From contig CBFGTS010000017.1 of assembly GCA_965652295.1 (NCBI GenBank), positions 32,769-96,768 of the forward strand: a DNA stretch of 64,000 nt, in the 5' to 3' direction. Origin of the DNA: an uncultured Haloferula sp. Its GTDB lineage: Bacteria; Verrucomicrobiota; Verrucomicrobiia; Verrucomicrobiales; Akkermansiaceae. This document shows positions 48,554 through 57,513 of the stretch, piece after piece. A program made the translations under genes and the position numbers. The notes beneath the pieces are model-generated. The model saw only the letters and a list, made by a program, of their open reading frames with translations. It was not told where the DNA came from and did not search any database. Numbering within the stretch: position 1 is the first letter of the stretch; every line of letters starts with the position of its first letter.

Positions 48554-51097
48554 ATGAGCGACCCCGTGGTTCTCCAATACTGTCCCGACCTGCTTTCCTA
48601 CACCCGCCGCCGCAGCCGCGAGGTGATGGTGGGAAAGGTGGGCATCGGCGGCGGCCACCCGATCCGGCTTCAATCGATGATCACCGCCGACACGCGCGAT
48701 ACCCCGGCGTGTGTGAAGGAAATCCTGGAGCTGGCGGAGGCGGGCTGCGAGATCGTGCGGGTGACCGCCCAAACGAAGGTTTACGCCGCGAATCTGGAGA
48801 ACATCGCCCGCGAGGTCCGCGCTGCCGGTTGCGAGGTGCCGCTGGTGGCGGACATCCATTTCAAGCCCGATGCCGCGATGGAGGCGGCGAAGTGGGTGGA
48901 AAAGGTCCGCGTGAACCCCGGCAACTACGTGGACAAGAAAAAGTTCGAGGTCCGCGAGTACAGCGACGACCAGTATGAGGAGGAGCTGGAGCGGATCCGG
49001 CAGGAATTTTCGCCGCTGGTGGAGCGGTGCAAAGAGCTGGGCCGGGCGATGCGGATCGGCACCAACCACGGCTCGCTGTCCGACCGCATCATGAACCGCT
49101 ACGGCGACACGCCGCTGGGCATGGTGGAAAGCGCCCTGGAATTCGCCCGGATCGCGCGGGATCTGGATTATCACAACTTTGTGTTCTCGATGAAGGCCTC
49201 GAACCCGAAGGTCATGATCGAGGCCTACCGGCTGCTGGTCGCGCGGCTGGATCAGGAGGGCGATGACTGGAATTACCCGATCCACCTCGGAGTGACCGAG
49301 GCCGGCGATGGCGAGGACGGTCGGATCAAGAGCGCGATCGGCATCGGCTCGCTGCTGGCGGATGGGATCGGCGACACGATCCGTGTCTCGCTGACCGAGG
49401 ATCCGGTGTATGAGATCCCCGTCGCCCGGGTCCTGGCGGAGCCATTTCAGGGAGGTGGCTGCTCCGGCCCGGGGCAGGCCGTGGAGGCTGCGGCTCGCAG
49501 CCGTTCTTTGGCGGCGGATGGTGCGGAGATCGCCATCAACTGGGACGAGGTCGAGAAATCCGACGCGTCATTTCTCCCACACTGGAGCATGCCGGGTGGT
49601 GCTTATGCGGTGACCTTTCGGTTGGAAGACTCCCTGCCGGAAAGCGCGATCCTCGCGTATCGCGAGCGCCGCGAGATCCTGCTCGCCCGACTGGAAAAGC
49701 TGTCCCGAGCCTCCGGTTCGAGGAGTGTCCGCGAGGAGTTGATCCAGCTCCGCGGCGAACTCGCCGGGCTGCGGGAAGCGGTGGTGGAGTCCGAGCTGGA
49801 TCGCAGTCATGGCTCCTGTTTGTTCCGTGACGATCAGCTGGCCGGGTTGGTGGAGGAATGTCTCCATCACTTCGATGGCGTCAGGTATGATCTGTTGGCG
49901 TGGTGCGTGATGCCGAATCACGTTCACGCGGTTTTGCGACCACGGAGCGGGTTCTTGTTGGAAAAGATTCTCCACACTTGGAAGAGCTTCACGGCGCACG
50001 AGATCAACCGGCTGCTCCAGCGGGAAGGGACCATCTGGGAGAAGGAGAGCTACGATCATTTGGTTCGCGACGGCGCGGATCTCCGGCATCAGGTGGAGTA
50101 TGTGTGTCGGAATCCCGGCAAGGCGGGGTTGCAGGGATGGCGGTGGGTGGGGAGTGCGTATGAGGTGGATGGCGTTGCGGCGGGCCGCCGCAACCACGGT
50201 CTGCCCCGGGCCGGGGCAGCCACGGATGCTTCCCAGCCCGCCCCTTCCTACGACCCATTCTCCTATGCTCGCCGTAGTTCGGAGGTGATGGAAATCGCCG
50301 GCCTCGAGCTGGGAGGCGACCGGGAGATCCGGGTCTTCACCTCGCAGGAAAAATGGAACGCGGTGGCCCACAAGATCGCGAAAATGGGCGACTTCAAGCC
50401 GGAGATCGTGGTGGAGAAATCGGGCGTGGTGGTGATCGATCCCCGCGACGAGGCCGCCCTCCACGACATCAACACCATCGAAGGAACCCGTCTGGTGACG
50501 GTGGCGGACGGGCTCGACCTGGCACCGATCCACGCCTTCCGGATGCTGGCTTTCCGCCTGGACGCCCGGCACCCGATCCTGCTCAAGGACACCTTGCAGC
50601 CCGCGGCGGAAAGCGGGGACTTCGTGGAAACCCTGCTGGTCGCGGCCCGCAACCTCGGCTCGCTGATCTGCGATGGCATCGGTGACGCGGTGCTGGTGCA
50701 AGGGGAGCCGGCGCCAGGGCAGTCCCTGCGACTTTCCTACAACATCCTCCAGGCCTCCGGCGCGCGGATTTTCAAAACCGACTACGTGGCCTGTCCGAGC
50801 TGCGGGCGGACCTTGTTCAATCTCCAGACGACAACCCAGAAGATCCGCGCGGCGACCGGCCACCTCAAGGGCGTGCGGATCGCGGTGATGGGCTGCATCG
50901 TCAACGGCCCCGGCGAGATGGCGGATGCGGACTTCGGCTACGTCGGCGGCGCGCCGGGGAAGATCAACCTGTACGTGGGCAAGCAGGCGGTGAAATTCAA
51001 CATTCCGGAAGGCGAGGCGGTCGAGCGGCTGATCGATCTGATCCGCGAGCACGGCAAATGGATCGACGCGCCGGCAGGCGAACCGGTGGAAGTCTGA
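48554..51097 (+). CDS. ispG: (E)-4-hydroxy-3-methylbut-2-enyl-diphosphate synthase, long type, with an in-frame RAYT insertion
   Basis: QSM, VADIHF, RVNPGN, RIGTNHGSL, HLGVTEAG, DTIRVSLT, CPSCGRT and MGCIVNGPGE motifs; 847 aa. Confidence 0.95.
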   Translation: MSDPVVLQYCPDLLSYTRRRSREVMVGKVGIGGGHPIRLQSMITADTRDTPACVKEILELAEAGCEIVRVTAQTKVYAANLENIAREVRAAGCEVPLVADIHFKPDAAMEAAKWVEKVRVNPGNYVDKKKFEVREYSDDQYEEELERIRQEFSPLVERCKELGRAMRIGTNHGSLSDRIMNRYGDTPLGMVESALEFARIARDLDYHNFVFSMKASNPKVMIEAYRLLVARLDQEGDDWNYPIHLGVTEAGDGEDGRIKSAIGIGSLLADGIGDTIRVSLTEDPVYEIPVARVLAEPFQGGGCSGPGQAVEAAARSRSLAADGAEIAINWDEVEKSDASFLPHWSMPGGAYAVTFRLEDSLPESAILAYRERREILLARLEKLSRASGSRSVREELIQLRGELAGLREAVVESELDRSHGSCLFRDDQLAGLVEECLHHFDGVRYDLLAWCVMPNHVHAVLRPRSGFLLEKILHTWKSFTAHEINRLLQREGTIWEKESYDHLVRDGADLRHQVEYVCRNPGKAGLQGWRWVGSAYEVDGVAAGRRNHGLPRAGAATDASQPAPSYDPFSYARRSSEVMEIAGLELGGDREIRVFTSQEKWNAVAHKIAKMGDFKPEIVVEKSGVVVIDPRDEAALHDINTIEGTRLVTVADGLDLAPIHAFRMLAFRLDARHPILLKDTLQPAAESGDFVETLLVAARNLGSLICDGIGDAVLVQGEPAPGQSLRLSYNILQASGARIFKTDYVACPSCGRTLFNLQTTTQKIRAATGHLKGVRIAVMGCIVNGPGEMADADFGYVGGAPGKINLYVGKQAVKFNIPEGEAVERLIDLIREHGKWIDAPAGEPVEV
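49455..50223 (+). mobile_element. REP-flanked RAYT/Y1 tyrosine-transposase module inserted in frame in ispG
   Basis: LPHW, VTFRL.DSLP, VMPNHVH, KSFTA, WEKESYDHLVR and YVCRNP motifs; 30-bp terminal inverted repeat (28/30). Confidence 0.9.
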
Positions 51098-51099
51098 CC

Positions 51100-51378
51100 A
51101 TGCCGGCCACTGAGACAGTCACGGAAACGAGCGTCGGCATCGATGTGCCGTGGAACGTCGTCGTGCATGACGACCCGGTGAACCTGATGGCCTATGTGAC
51201 CTGGGTTTTCATGAAGGTTTTTTCGTATTCGCAAGGTCGGGCGGAGGAGCTGATGCTGGAGGTTCATCAGGCTGGGCGCTCGATCGTCTGGACCGGCGAC
51301 CGCGAGCGGGCGGAGCTGTATACGCATCAGTTGCAGGGCTTCCAGCTCAGGACCACCATGGAAAAGGCGGCGGAATGA
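51100..51378 (+). CDS. clpS: ATP-dependent Clp protease adaptor ClpS
   Basis: WNVVVHDDPVNLMAYV and MLEVHQAG motifs. Confidence 0.92.
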   Translation: MPATETVTETSVGIDVPWNVVVHDDPVNLMAYVTWVFMKVFSYSQGRAEELMLEVHQAGRSIVWTGDRERAELYTHQLQGFQLRTTMEKAAE

Positions 51379-51821
51379 AGGCGGCTCCGACGTTGGATGG
51401 CAGGCTGCGGATCGATCTCGAAAGCGAGGCCGACGCGCTGGTGCTGATGTCGATCGTGGCCGATGCCGGTGGGCGCGTCAGCGAGCTGTCGGAGGATGTG
51501 GCGGGCGTGATGCCCGGGGAGTTGGAGGAGGATTGGCAGGAATTCGTGATGCCGGAGCTGCGGGTGCGTTTCGGCGGCCAGATCGCGCACGTGGCCCAGC
51601 AGGTGAGCCCTTTGAGCGAGGGCGACACGTTGTTCATCGGCGGAGACGAGGCGGAGGAGTGGTTCGGCACGCTCAACCAAGCGCGGCTGGCGCTGGAGGC
51701 GCGCTATCATTTCGCCTCGCGGGGTGCGGGGGAAGCGGACACGGAAGTCCGCAGCGCCGGGATCCGCTCGCGTTTCTACCTGATGCTCCAGGGGTTGATC
51801 CTCGATTTCCTCATGAAATGA
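51375..51821 (+). CDS. DUF2017-like protein
   Basis: DWQEFVMPEL and W..TLNQARLAL; translationally coupled to clpS. Confidence 0.7.
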   Translation: MKAAPTLDGRLRIDLESEADALVLMSIVADAGGRVSELSEDVAGVMPGELEEDWQEFVMPELRVRFGGQIAHVAQQVSPLSEGDTLFIGGDEAEEWFGTLNQARLALEARYHFASRGAGEADTEVRSAGIRSRFYLMLQGLILDFLMK

Positions 51822-52734
51822 GGGGGCGCACGGCCTGGAAGACGCGCTCGACGGATAGCTCCCGCTGGCAGCGCAGGTCCATGAGGCATTTCGCCGCGAA
51901 GCAGGGCGCGCACTCCGCCTTCTGACGCACGGCGATGTGCTGCCTGCCGAGGGGACGGTGAAGTACCGGCTCGCCGGGCCCATAGAGCACGGCACAGGTT
52001 GCACCGAAGGCTCCGGCGAAATGCGGCCAGGGGGACTCTGCGGCGATCATCGAGCGGCAACGGACGAGCACTTCGGGGGCGTCGGCCGCGTTGATCACGG
52101 GGAGCTCGTGGCTCTCCGCCCAAGCGGCGATGTCGGGACGGTCGGCCAGCACTTGGATCGCGGCATGGAGCGGGCGGATCGATTCCAGCAGTTCCGACCA
52201 ACGTTCGAGCGGCCATTCGAAATGCGAGCCGAAGGAGCTTCGGGGCGAGAGGATCAGGGAGTCGCCGCGCGTCTCGGGTGCGGCCAGGGGCGCGAAAAAG
52301 CGGCTGTCGAAGGGGTCGCAGCCGAGTTCGCTCGCGAGGCCGAGGTAGAAGCGGACGACGTGTTGCATCGCGCCGGGCGGATCGTCTCGCTGGATCGGAC
52401 ATGTGAGTCGTTTCGCGAGGCGCGGGTTGTCCGGCCCGATGCGCTGGGGCACCTTGGCGCGGACGGCGGCATCCGCCAGCACGCCGGGTTCCCAGAGCAG
52501 GATTTCCGGGGCATCGGCGAAGGCGGAAACGGCCGTGCGCTTGGTGGCGGCGTCCGCCACGGGCCGGACTTCACCGAGGCTGGCCGCGCGCCACAGGAAG
52601 GCTTGGTTCTCGTGGCAGACCAGTGTCACCGGCCGGCGGGCGGCCAGCGCCCTGACGGCGGGAAGAGAGAAGCAGGCATCGCGACCGCAGCGCGGCGCGG
52701 CGATCCAAAGGGGAGTGTCTTCAGAGCGGGTCAT
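51811..52734 (-). CDS. glycosyltransferase family 9 (heptosyltransferase-like)
   Basis: GRDA...LP, WP.ERW, ES...H.A.A.G, YGP and CAPCF...C motifs. Confidence 0.8.
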   Translation of the reverse strand: MTRSEDTPLWIAAPRCGRDACFSLPAVRALAARRPVTLVCHENQAFLWRAASLGEVRPVADAATKRTAVSAFADAPEILLWEPGVLADAAVRAKVPQRIGPDNPRLAKRLTCPIQRDDPPGAMQHVVRFYLGLASELGCDPFDSRFFAPLAAPETRGDSLILSPRSSFGSHFEWPLERWSELLESIRPLHAAIQVLADRPDIAAWAESHELPVINAADAPEVLVRCRSMIAAESPWPHFAGAFGATCAVLYGPGEPVLHRPLGRQHIAVRQKAECAPCFAAKCLMDLRCQRELSVERVFQAVRPLIS

Positions 52735-53354
52735 GGAGCGGCGGGCACATCGACATCGATCCGGTGCGGGATCGGAAAGGCAGCGGGCTGGTGGAAATCG
52801 GGCTCCGCACCCGGGAGCCCGGCGACGGAGAGATGGCGTGGGGTGGCTGAACCCAACATGAAAGTCAGGTTGGCGGGACTTGAGTCGCTGAAATCCAGCT
52901 CCTTGCGGAGAAAATCAAGCGGCAGCGACATTGCCGCGACCCATGAGCCGGGGCGGCTGAGGTCGGCGTGGGTTTCGAAAGGGAAGTCCGGCTGGTAGGA
53001 GGACCGCTGGCGGGGAGCGTCGAACAGGCAGGCCCAGTGGGCGCCGTTCGGGGCGAGATTGATTTCCAGGTAACGGCGGCGCTGGGGGTGGGCGATGAAA
53101 AGTTCGACCACATCGTGGTGCCAGAGGCCTTCGATGAAGCGGCCTGCGGATGAGCCGGGCATCAGGTCGGGCCCGCTCTCGCGGCTGGCGATGATCCAGA
53201 GCGCCTCGGTGTCCTCCACCAGGCACCAGCCGGGCGGGGGATCGACCGGTTTTCCGAACCAGTCGCGCCCGGCACCGAAGAGCGGAACGTCCATTTCTCC
53301 CCAGTGGAGGGTGTGGCGGGTCCGGAGGATTTGCATCGCGGGGAGCCTCATCAA
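52731..53354 (-). CDS. hypothetical DOMON/CBM9-like protein
   Basis: GLWHHDVVELFI, YLEINLAPNG.HW and PDFH motifs. Confidence 0.65.
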   Translation of the reverse strand: MMRLPAMQILRTRHTLHWGEMDVPLFGAGRDWFGKPVDPPPGWCLVEDTEALWIIASRESGPDLMPGSSAGRFIEGLWHHDVVELFIAHPQRRRYLEINLAPNGAHWACLFDAPRQRSSYQPDFPFETHADLSRPGSWVAAMSLPLDFLRKELDFSDSSPANLTFMLGSATPRHLSVAGLPGAEPDFHQPAAFPIPHRIDVDVPAAP

Positions 53355-53472
53355 CCCGCGCCGCCCTGTCCAGACCTGCGGGTCGGCGGCAATGGTGCGC
53401 AGTGAATCGGAAATCCGTGCAAATCAGCCATTGAGTTTCTCCGGGAAGTCCGATAGCCCCATAGGGCAACCA

Positions 53473-54267
53473 ATGGCCCGCCGCAAATCCGCCTATCTGG
53501 GGACGATCGAATACATCGGTCCCCGGCCGAAGAAAGCTCCCAAGCGCCCGAATTTTCTGGCTGGATGGGTGGTGCTTTTGCTGGCGGCGAGCGGCGTGTA
53601 TTTCATCGGAAAGCCGTTGATCCTGCCGTTGGTGGAAGCGCAGGAGAACATCGCTTCGGTCGAGAACACGGACGAAGCGATCTCCAGGCTGCGGCAGGAC
53701 GGCGAATTTGGTTCCAAGCTGGCCGCCGCGGCATTGGCGCGGACGCAGGAGTCGGTGCAGTACGAGGACAGCTACTTCCAGATCGCCTATCCGAACGGCG
53801 ATATTCCCGCCGACAAGGGCAAGGCCGAGGATGTGGTCGTGCGAGCCTATCGAGCCTTGGGCGTGGATCTGCAACAGCGGGTTCACGAAGACATGAAGGA
53901 TCATTTCGCGGACTATCCGCAGATCTTCGGCCGCCGGATGGCGGATTCGAATATCGACCACCGTCTCACCGCCAATCTCCAGCGGTTCTTCCGCCGGGCT
54001 GGCGCGGAGATCACGGTGATGGATCCGTTGGGCAATCCGGTGCCAAGCCGGAACGTGGGGGACTACGAGCCGGGTGACATCGTGGCTTGGCGGTTCGCCG
54101 GAGGAGCCAGCCACATCGGGGTGGTGGTTCCGGGGCCGGCGGAGGCTTCGGGCGAACGCTGGGTCGTTCACAACCTGGGTCAGGGGCCCGTCTGGGAGAA
54201 CTGCCTGTTCAACTTCAAAGTCACCGGGCATTACCGCTATCAGGGCGACGAGGCGGTTGACCGCTGA
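53473..54267 (+). CDS. DUF1287 (YijF-like) protein
   Basis: YPNGDIP, DVVVRAYR.LG.DLQ..VHED, NIDHR, HIG and HN.G.GP motifs. Confidence 0.85.
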   Translation: MARRKSAYLGTIEYIGPRPKKAPKRPNFLAGWVVLLLAASGVYFIGKPLILPLVEAQENIASVENTDEAISRLRQDGEFGSKLAAAALARTQESVQYEDSYFQIAYPNGDIPADKGKAEDVVVRAYRALGVDLQQRVHEDMKDHFADYPQIFGRRMADSNIDHRLTANLQRFFRRAGAEITVMDPLGNPVPSRNVGDYEPGDIVAWRFAGGASHIGVVVPGPAEASGERWVVHNLGQGPVWENCLFNFKVTGHYRYQGDEAVDR

Positions 54268-54479
54268 GTCAGCCTGGCGTGCCAGAGTGAAGCGGATTCG
54301 CTGGATTTGATCGCAGCGACGGCGGTCGGCTGTGGATGCGGAAGCCGGATCCCCTTTCTCGATCGGAACCGGGTGGGATCCATCCGCCTCTCCCGGGTGC
54401 GGAGCGGTCACTCTTTGGAATCGAGGGCTTCACGAGGGGTCCGATCCAGCCCTGATGCGGCGGATTGCGTGGAACGGGG

Positions 54480-54590
54480 GAAAATACGCATGCGTAACTA
54501 ATTGAGGATAAGACATAGACGAAGAAAAGAAACTTATTTGAGGGATAACATTCAAATCACCGATTGGAGATATGCAGGAATTTTTTTCCA
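54480..54590 (+). promoter_or_regulatory. AT-rich promoter region upstream of the LysR pair
   Basis: Abrupt AT-rich stretch (taactaattgag, aaagaaacttatttg) in a GC-rich background. Confidence 0.4.
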
Positions 54591-55490
54591 GTGACTAGCG
54601 GACGACACATTCCGGATTTCTATCACCTCCGGGCCTTCATGGCTTTGGTTAATGAGGGACGGGCGGGTGCGGCCGCAACGGCCCTCCAAACGAGTCAGGG
54701 AAACCTGCGGCGGATGGTGAACCAACTGGAGAGTTGGGCTGGCGCGCCATTGTGCCAATCCGGGGGTGGGGGAGAGGTGAAGCCGACGACCATGGGTCGG
54801 AAGCTGATGGAGGGGTATCCGTCCCTGATGGAAGCCTGCCGGGAGTTCCAGGCGAAAGTGGACCGCATTCATCACCGCGGCCGTCTTCTGCGGGTGGGGG
54901 TGGACGAGGGGCTCTTCCGAAGCCGCCTGTTTGGCAGGGTGGTGGCCCTGCTCCGGCGCGACGGTCGCTTCCGCCCGGTGCCGGTTCGCGCGGATTCGTC
55001 CGGTCTCAGCTCGTTGGAGAGCGGGGCATCGGATCTTCTGATCTCGACCGTGGAATGGAAAGGCAGGCGGACCTCGACACGGGTCGTCGGGCGGTTCGGG
55101 CTCAGTCTGCTTTCCCACCGCTGGGAGCGCCGCGAGGCACCCCGGCTCCAAGATGTCTCCGAGCGGGGGTTGTATCTCTCCCCCGCCGTTTCCGAGGCAT
55201 GCGGTTCACGGCTTTCGGCGGAGTGTCGGACGTTGGAATGCGGGGCATGCTGCCACCGGTTGGCTCCAGCCGAGTTCGTAAGCTGGCGGGAATCCGGAGG
55301 CGAGCGCCCCTTCTGCGCCGTGGTGGACAACGAGGTGGATCTGAACGGTTTCGAAGGATCCGTGCATCCTTTTCCCGGCGAGTTTTTGTCAACGCTGACG
55401 GTCACCCGTTTATTAAATCATCCCTATCCATTTCTTGAAGAAGTGACCGGTCGGCTTGCCTTCCATTTCGGGCCGCAGCACATCATCTGA
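54564..55490 (+). CDS. divergent LysR-family transcriptional regulator (start uncertain)
   Basis: HLRAF..L...G....AA..L..SQ......NQLE...G..L HTH, then LRVG; about 300 aa. Confidence 0.75.
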   Translation: MEICRNFFPVTSGRHIPDFYHLRAFMALVNEGRAGAAATALQTSQGNLRRMVNQLESWAGAPLCQSGGGGEVKPTTMGRKLMEGYPSLMEACREFQAKVDRIHHRGRLLRVGVDEGLFRSRLFGRVVALLRRDGRFRPVPVRADSSGLSSLESGASDLLISTVEWKGRRTSTRVVGRFGLSLLSHRWERREAPRLQDVSERGLYLSPAVSEACGSRLSAECRTLECGACCHRLAPAEFVSWRESGGERPFCAVVDNEVDLNGFEGSVHPFPGEFLSTLTVTRLLNHPYPFLEEVTGRLAFHFGPQHII

Positions 55491-55491
55491 C

Positions 55492-56427
55492 ATGGACCTT
55501 GAGGGACTCTCCACCTTCGTTCTTCTCGCGGAACATGGCTCGGGCTCGCAAGTTGCGAGGCTGCAGGGCCTGAGTCAGGCAGCCGTGAGTCAGCGGATTT
55601 CGCGGGTGGAGTCGGCTTATGGCGTGAGGCTTTTCGTGCGTCTGGGAGAGGGCATGACCCTGACCGAGGAGGGCCGCCTGCTTTTGCCTGACGCCCAGCG
55701 GATTCTCCAGCGACTGGTCGATCTCGGTGCCTCGGTGACGCGGGCGGATCGCGACGAGCAGGGCGTCACGCGGATCCTCGTCGATCAGTCGATCCGGGGT
55801 GAGCGGCTGGTAAAGCGGTTGCAGGGGATCTCCACCGTGGATCTCGTCCGGGTGCTCCCCCAAACCTCGTGGGCGACATCCCTGGAGGTCGGGGAAAGCG
55901 ATCTCGTTTTCCAATCCACCTGCGGGCCGCTGTCGGAAATTCCCGGATTGCAGCGGATCGAACTGAAGTTCCAGTCGGGAATCTCCTTCGCATGGAATCC
56001 GGAAAGCCTGCCGATTGCGGAAGCCGCGGGGATCGAAGTGCTGCTGCGGGAAACCCTCATCGTGCCTTCGGAGGAGCTGATTCCAGGTTTTGGAAAGCTG
56101 GTCGAACTGTTGGGAGCCAAGTCGCTCATCTCAGGAAACCTCGTGACGGTGGAAGTGCATTCCGAACTCGATGCGCGCGAGGCATGCACCCACGGGATCG
56201 GCGTGCTGTTCTTTCCCGGGGATGCCATTGCCCGCCTCGGACTCGACTCCACACAGCTGGCAAGCCGCCGTGCGATGGAGTTCTCCATGCCGAAGTCATA
56301 CCGGGTGAATCTATTCGCCCGGGAGGACGAGGCCCGTCCGCATGTGTTGGAGGTCATCAGACAATTCGTCCGCCCCGGCACGAAAAAGGACGCCGTCAAT
56401 GGCTCTTCTGATATTTTCCGAGACTGA
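55492..56427 (+). CDS. LysR-family transcriptional regulator
   Basis: MDLEGLSTFV.LAEHGS...SQAAVSQRISRVE..YGVRLF.R...LTEEG HTH. Confidence 0.85.
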   Translation: MDLEGLSTFVLLAEHGSGSQVARLQGLSQAAVSQRISRVESAYGVRLFVRLGEGMTLTEEGRLLLPDAQRILQRLVDLGASVTRADRDEQGVTRILVDQSIRGERLVKRLQGISTVDLVRVLPQTSWATSLEVGESDLVFQSTCGPLSEIPGLQRIELKFQSGISFAWNPESLPIAEAAGIEVLLRETLIVPSEELIPGFGKLVELLGAKSLISGNLVTVEVHSELDAREACTHGIGVLFFPGDAIARLGLDSTQLASRRAMEFSMPKSYRVNLFAREDEARPHVLEVIRQFVRPGTKKDAVNGSSDIFRD

Positions 56428-56505
56428 ATAATTAATCTCCAATAAAAGATTGATTACCTAAAGTGCTCGGCAGCCGCCCGGGGTCTCGGCGAGTCTTCCG
56501 CCATC

Positions 56506-57336
56506 ATGAATCTTCTACATCCCGCGGCTGCCGTGGCCGCTCTGATGGCCATTCCTGTGGCGACCGCCCAGTCGTTTGTGGATCCGACCACTTATCCTGA
56601 TCTTTTCGGTCCCGTCGGATCCGTCGAGGTGGAAGCGCCCCCGCCCGCGGTCCTCGGGTTGACCCTCGGAGGCAATGCCTCGGGTGCCTTGGGCAGCCAC
56701 TGGCAAGCCGCCGCCGATGGCGGTGCCTCGCTTTCCCTGCTGGGAGGTGGGCTCCTCGAAACAGGGGCCGTGGTCGGGCTCACCGGCAGCTCGCTTGAGT
56801 TCGATATCTCGAATGGCTCCGACGCCTTTCTGAGCGCTCTTTCCATCGGGGCGTCGCTTTCTTATGGCTGGACGGCTACCGCGACGTTCGACGCAGCCGG
56901 GTCGGAGTGGGTTCTCGCTCCGGACACGCTCTATCAAGTCAGCTTCGATCTGTTGGGCAGCGACACGCTGTTCAGCTCGACCGGCGGTCTGACACCTTCG
57001 TTTTCCGTGGAACTTCTGGATGGCGGAGGAAACGCGGTGGCCAGCAACGGCGGCGACACCGTAGTCAACATCCTCGGGCTCTCCCTGGCACCCGTCGTGG
57101 GGAATCCGGTCGGTGACAGCCGGGCGACAATGACCTTTCTCACGCCATCATCGGTCGATGGCGGGGCGGCATCCCTGCGCTTTGTCGGTGATGCCGAGCT
57201 GACCGCGACGGCGCTGGGCCTCGGAACCGATTTCGCCACCATTTCGAATCTTCAGGTGACTGCGGTGCCGGAACCGGCCGCGTTTCTGACCTTCGCCGGC
57301 TCGCTGCCCCTGTTGCTGCTGCGCCGGCGGCGATGA
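56506..57336 (+). CDS. PEP-CTERM sorting domain protein
   Basis: Signal peptide and C-terminal VPEP-TM-RRRR. Confidence 0.9.
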   Translation: MNLLHPAAAVAALMAIPVATAQSFVDPTTYPDLFGPVGSVEVEAPPPAVLGLTLGGNASGALGSHWQAAADGGASLSLLGGGLLETGAVVGLTGSSLEFDISNGSDAFLSALSIGASLSYGWTATATFDAAGSEWVLAPDTLYQVSFDLLGSDTLFSSTGGLTPSFSVELLDGGGNAVASNGGDTVVNILGLSLAPVVGNPVGDSRATMTFLTPSSVDGGAASLRFVGDAELTATALGLGTDFATISNLQVTAVPEPAAFLTFAGSLPLLLLRRRR

Positions 57337-57384
57337 CTTTACACGGTTGTGTGTGGAGCCCCGTGGGTGTTAAGGGGACGACTA

Positions 57385-57417
57385 AAGGGGCGGGCCTTGG
57401 CAAGAGGCCCGCCCCTT
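57385..57417 (+). terminator. stem-loop after the PEP-CTERM gene (probable terminator)
   Basis: aaggggcgggcc / ggcccgcccctt 12-bp stem followed by catgtttt. Confidence 0.5.
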
Positions 57418-57513
57418 CATGTTTTCGCGAAACCGGGGCGGCTTCCCGGGCTTTACTCGGCTCCGGGATTTCCCCATCGTCCCGCCCCTTCGTTTCCAAC
57501 GACTCCCGCGCCC

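Noticed and set aside
49455..50223. Intein interpretation of the ispG and alaS inserts
   Set aside because: No Hint-domain blocks and no C-terminal His-Asn followed by Cys/Ser/Thr. The inserts are accounted for by a Y1 domain plus REP-derived linkers.
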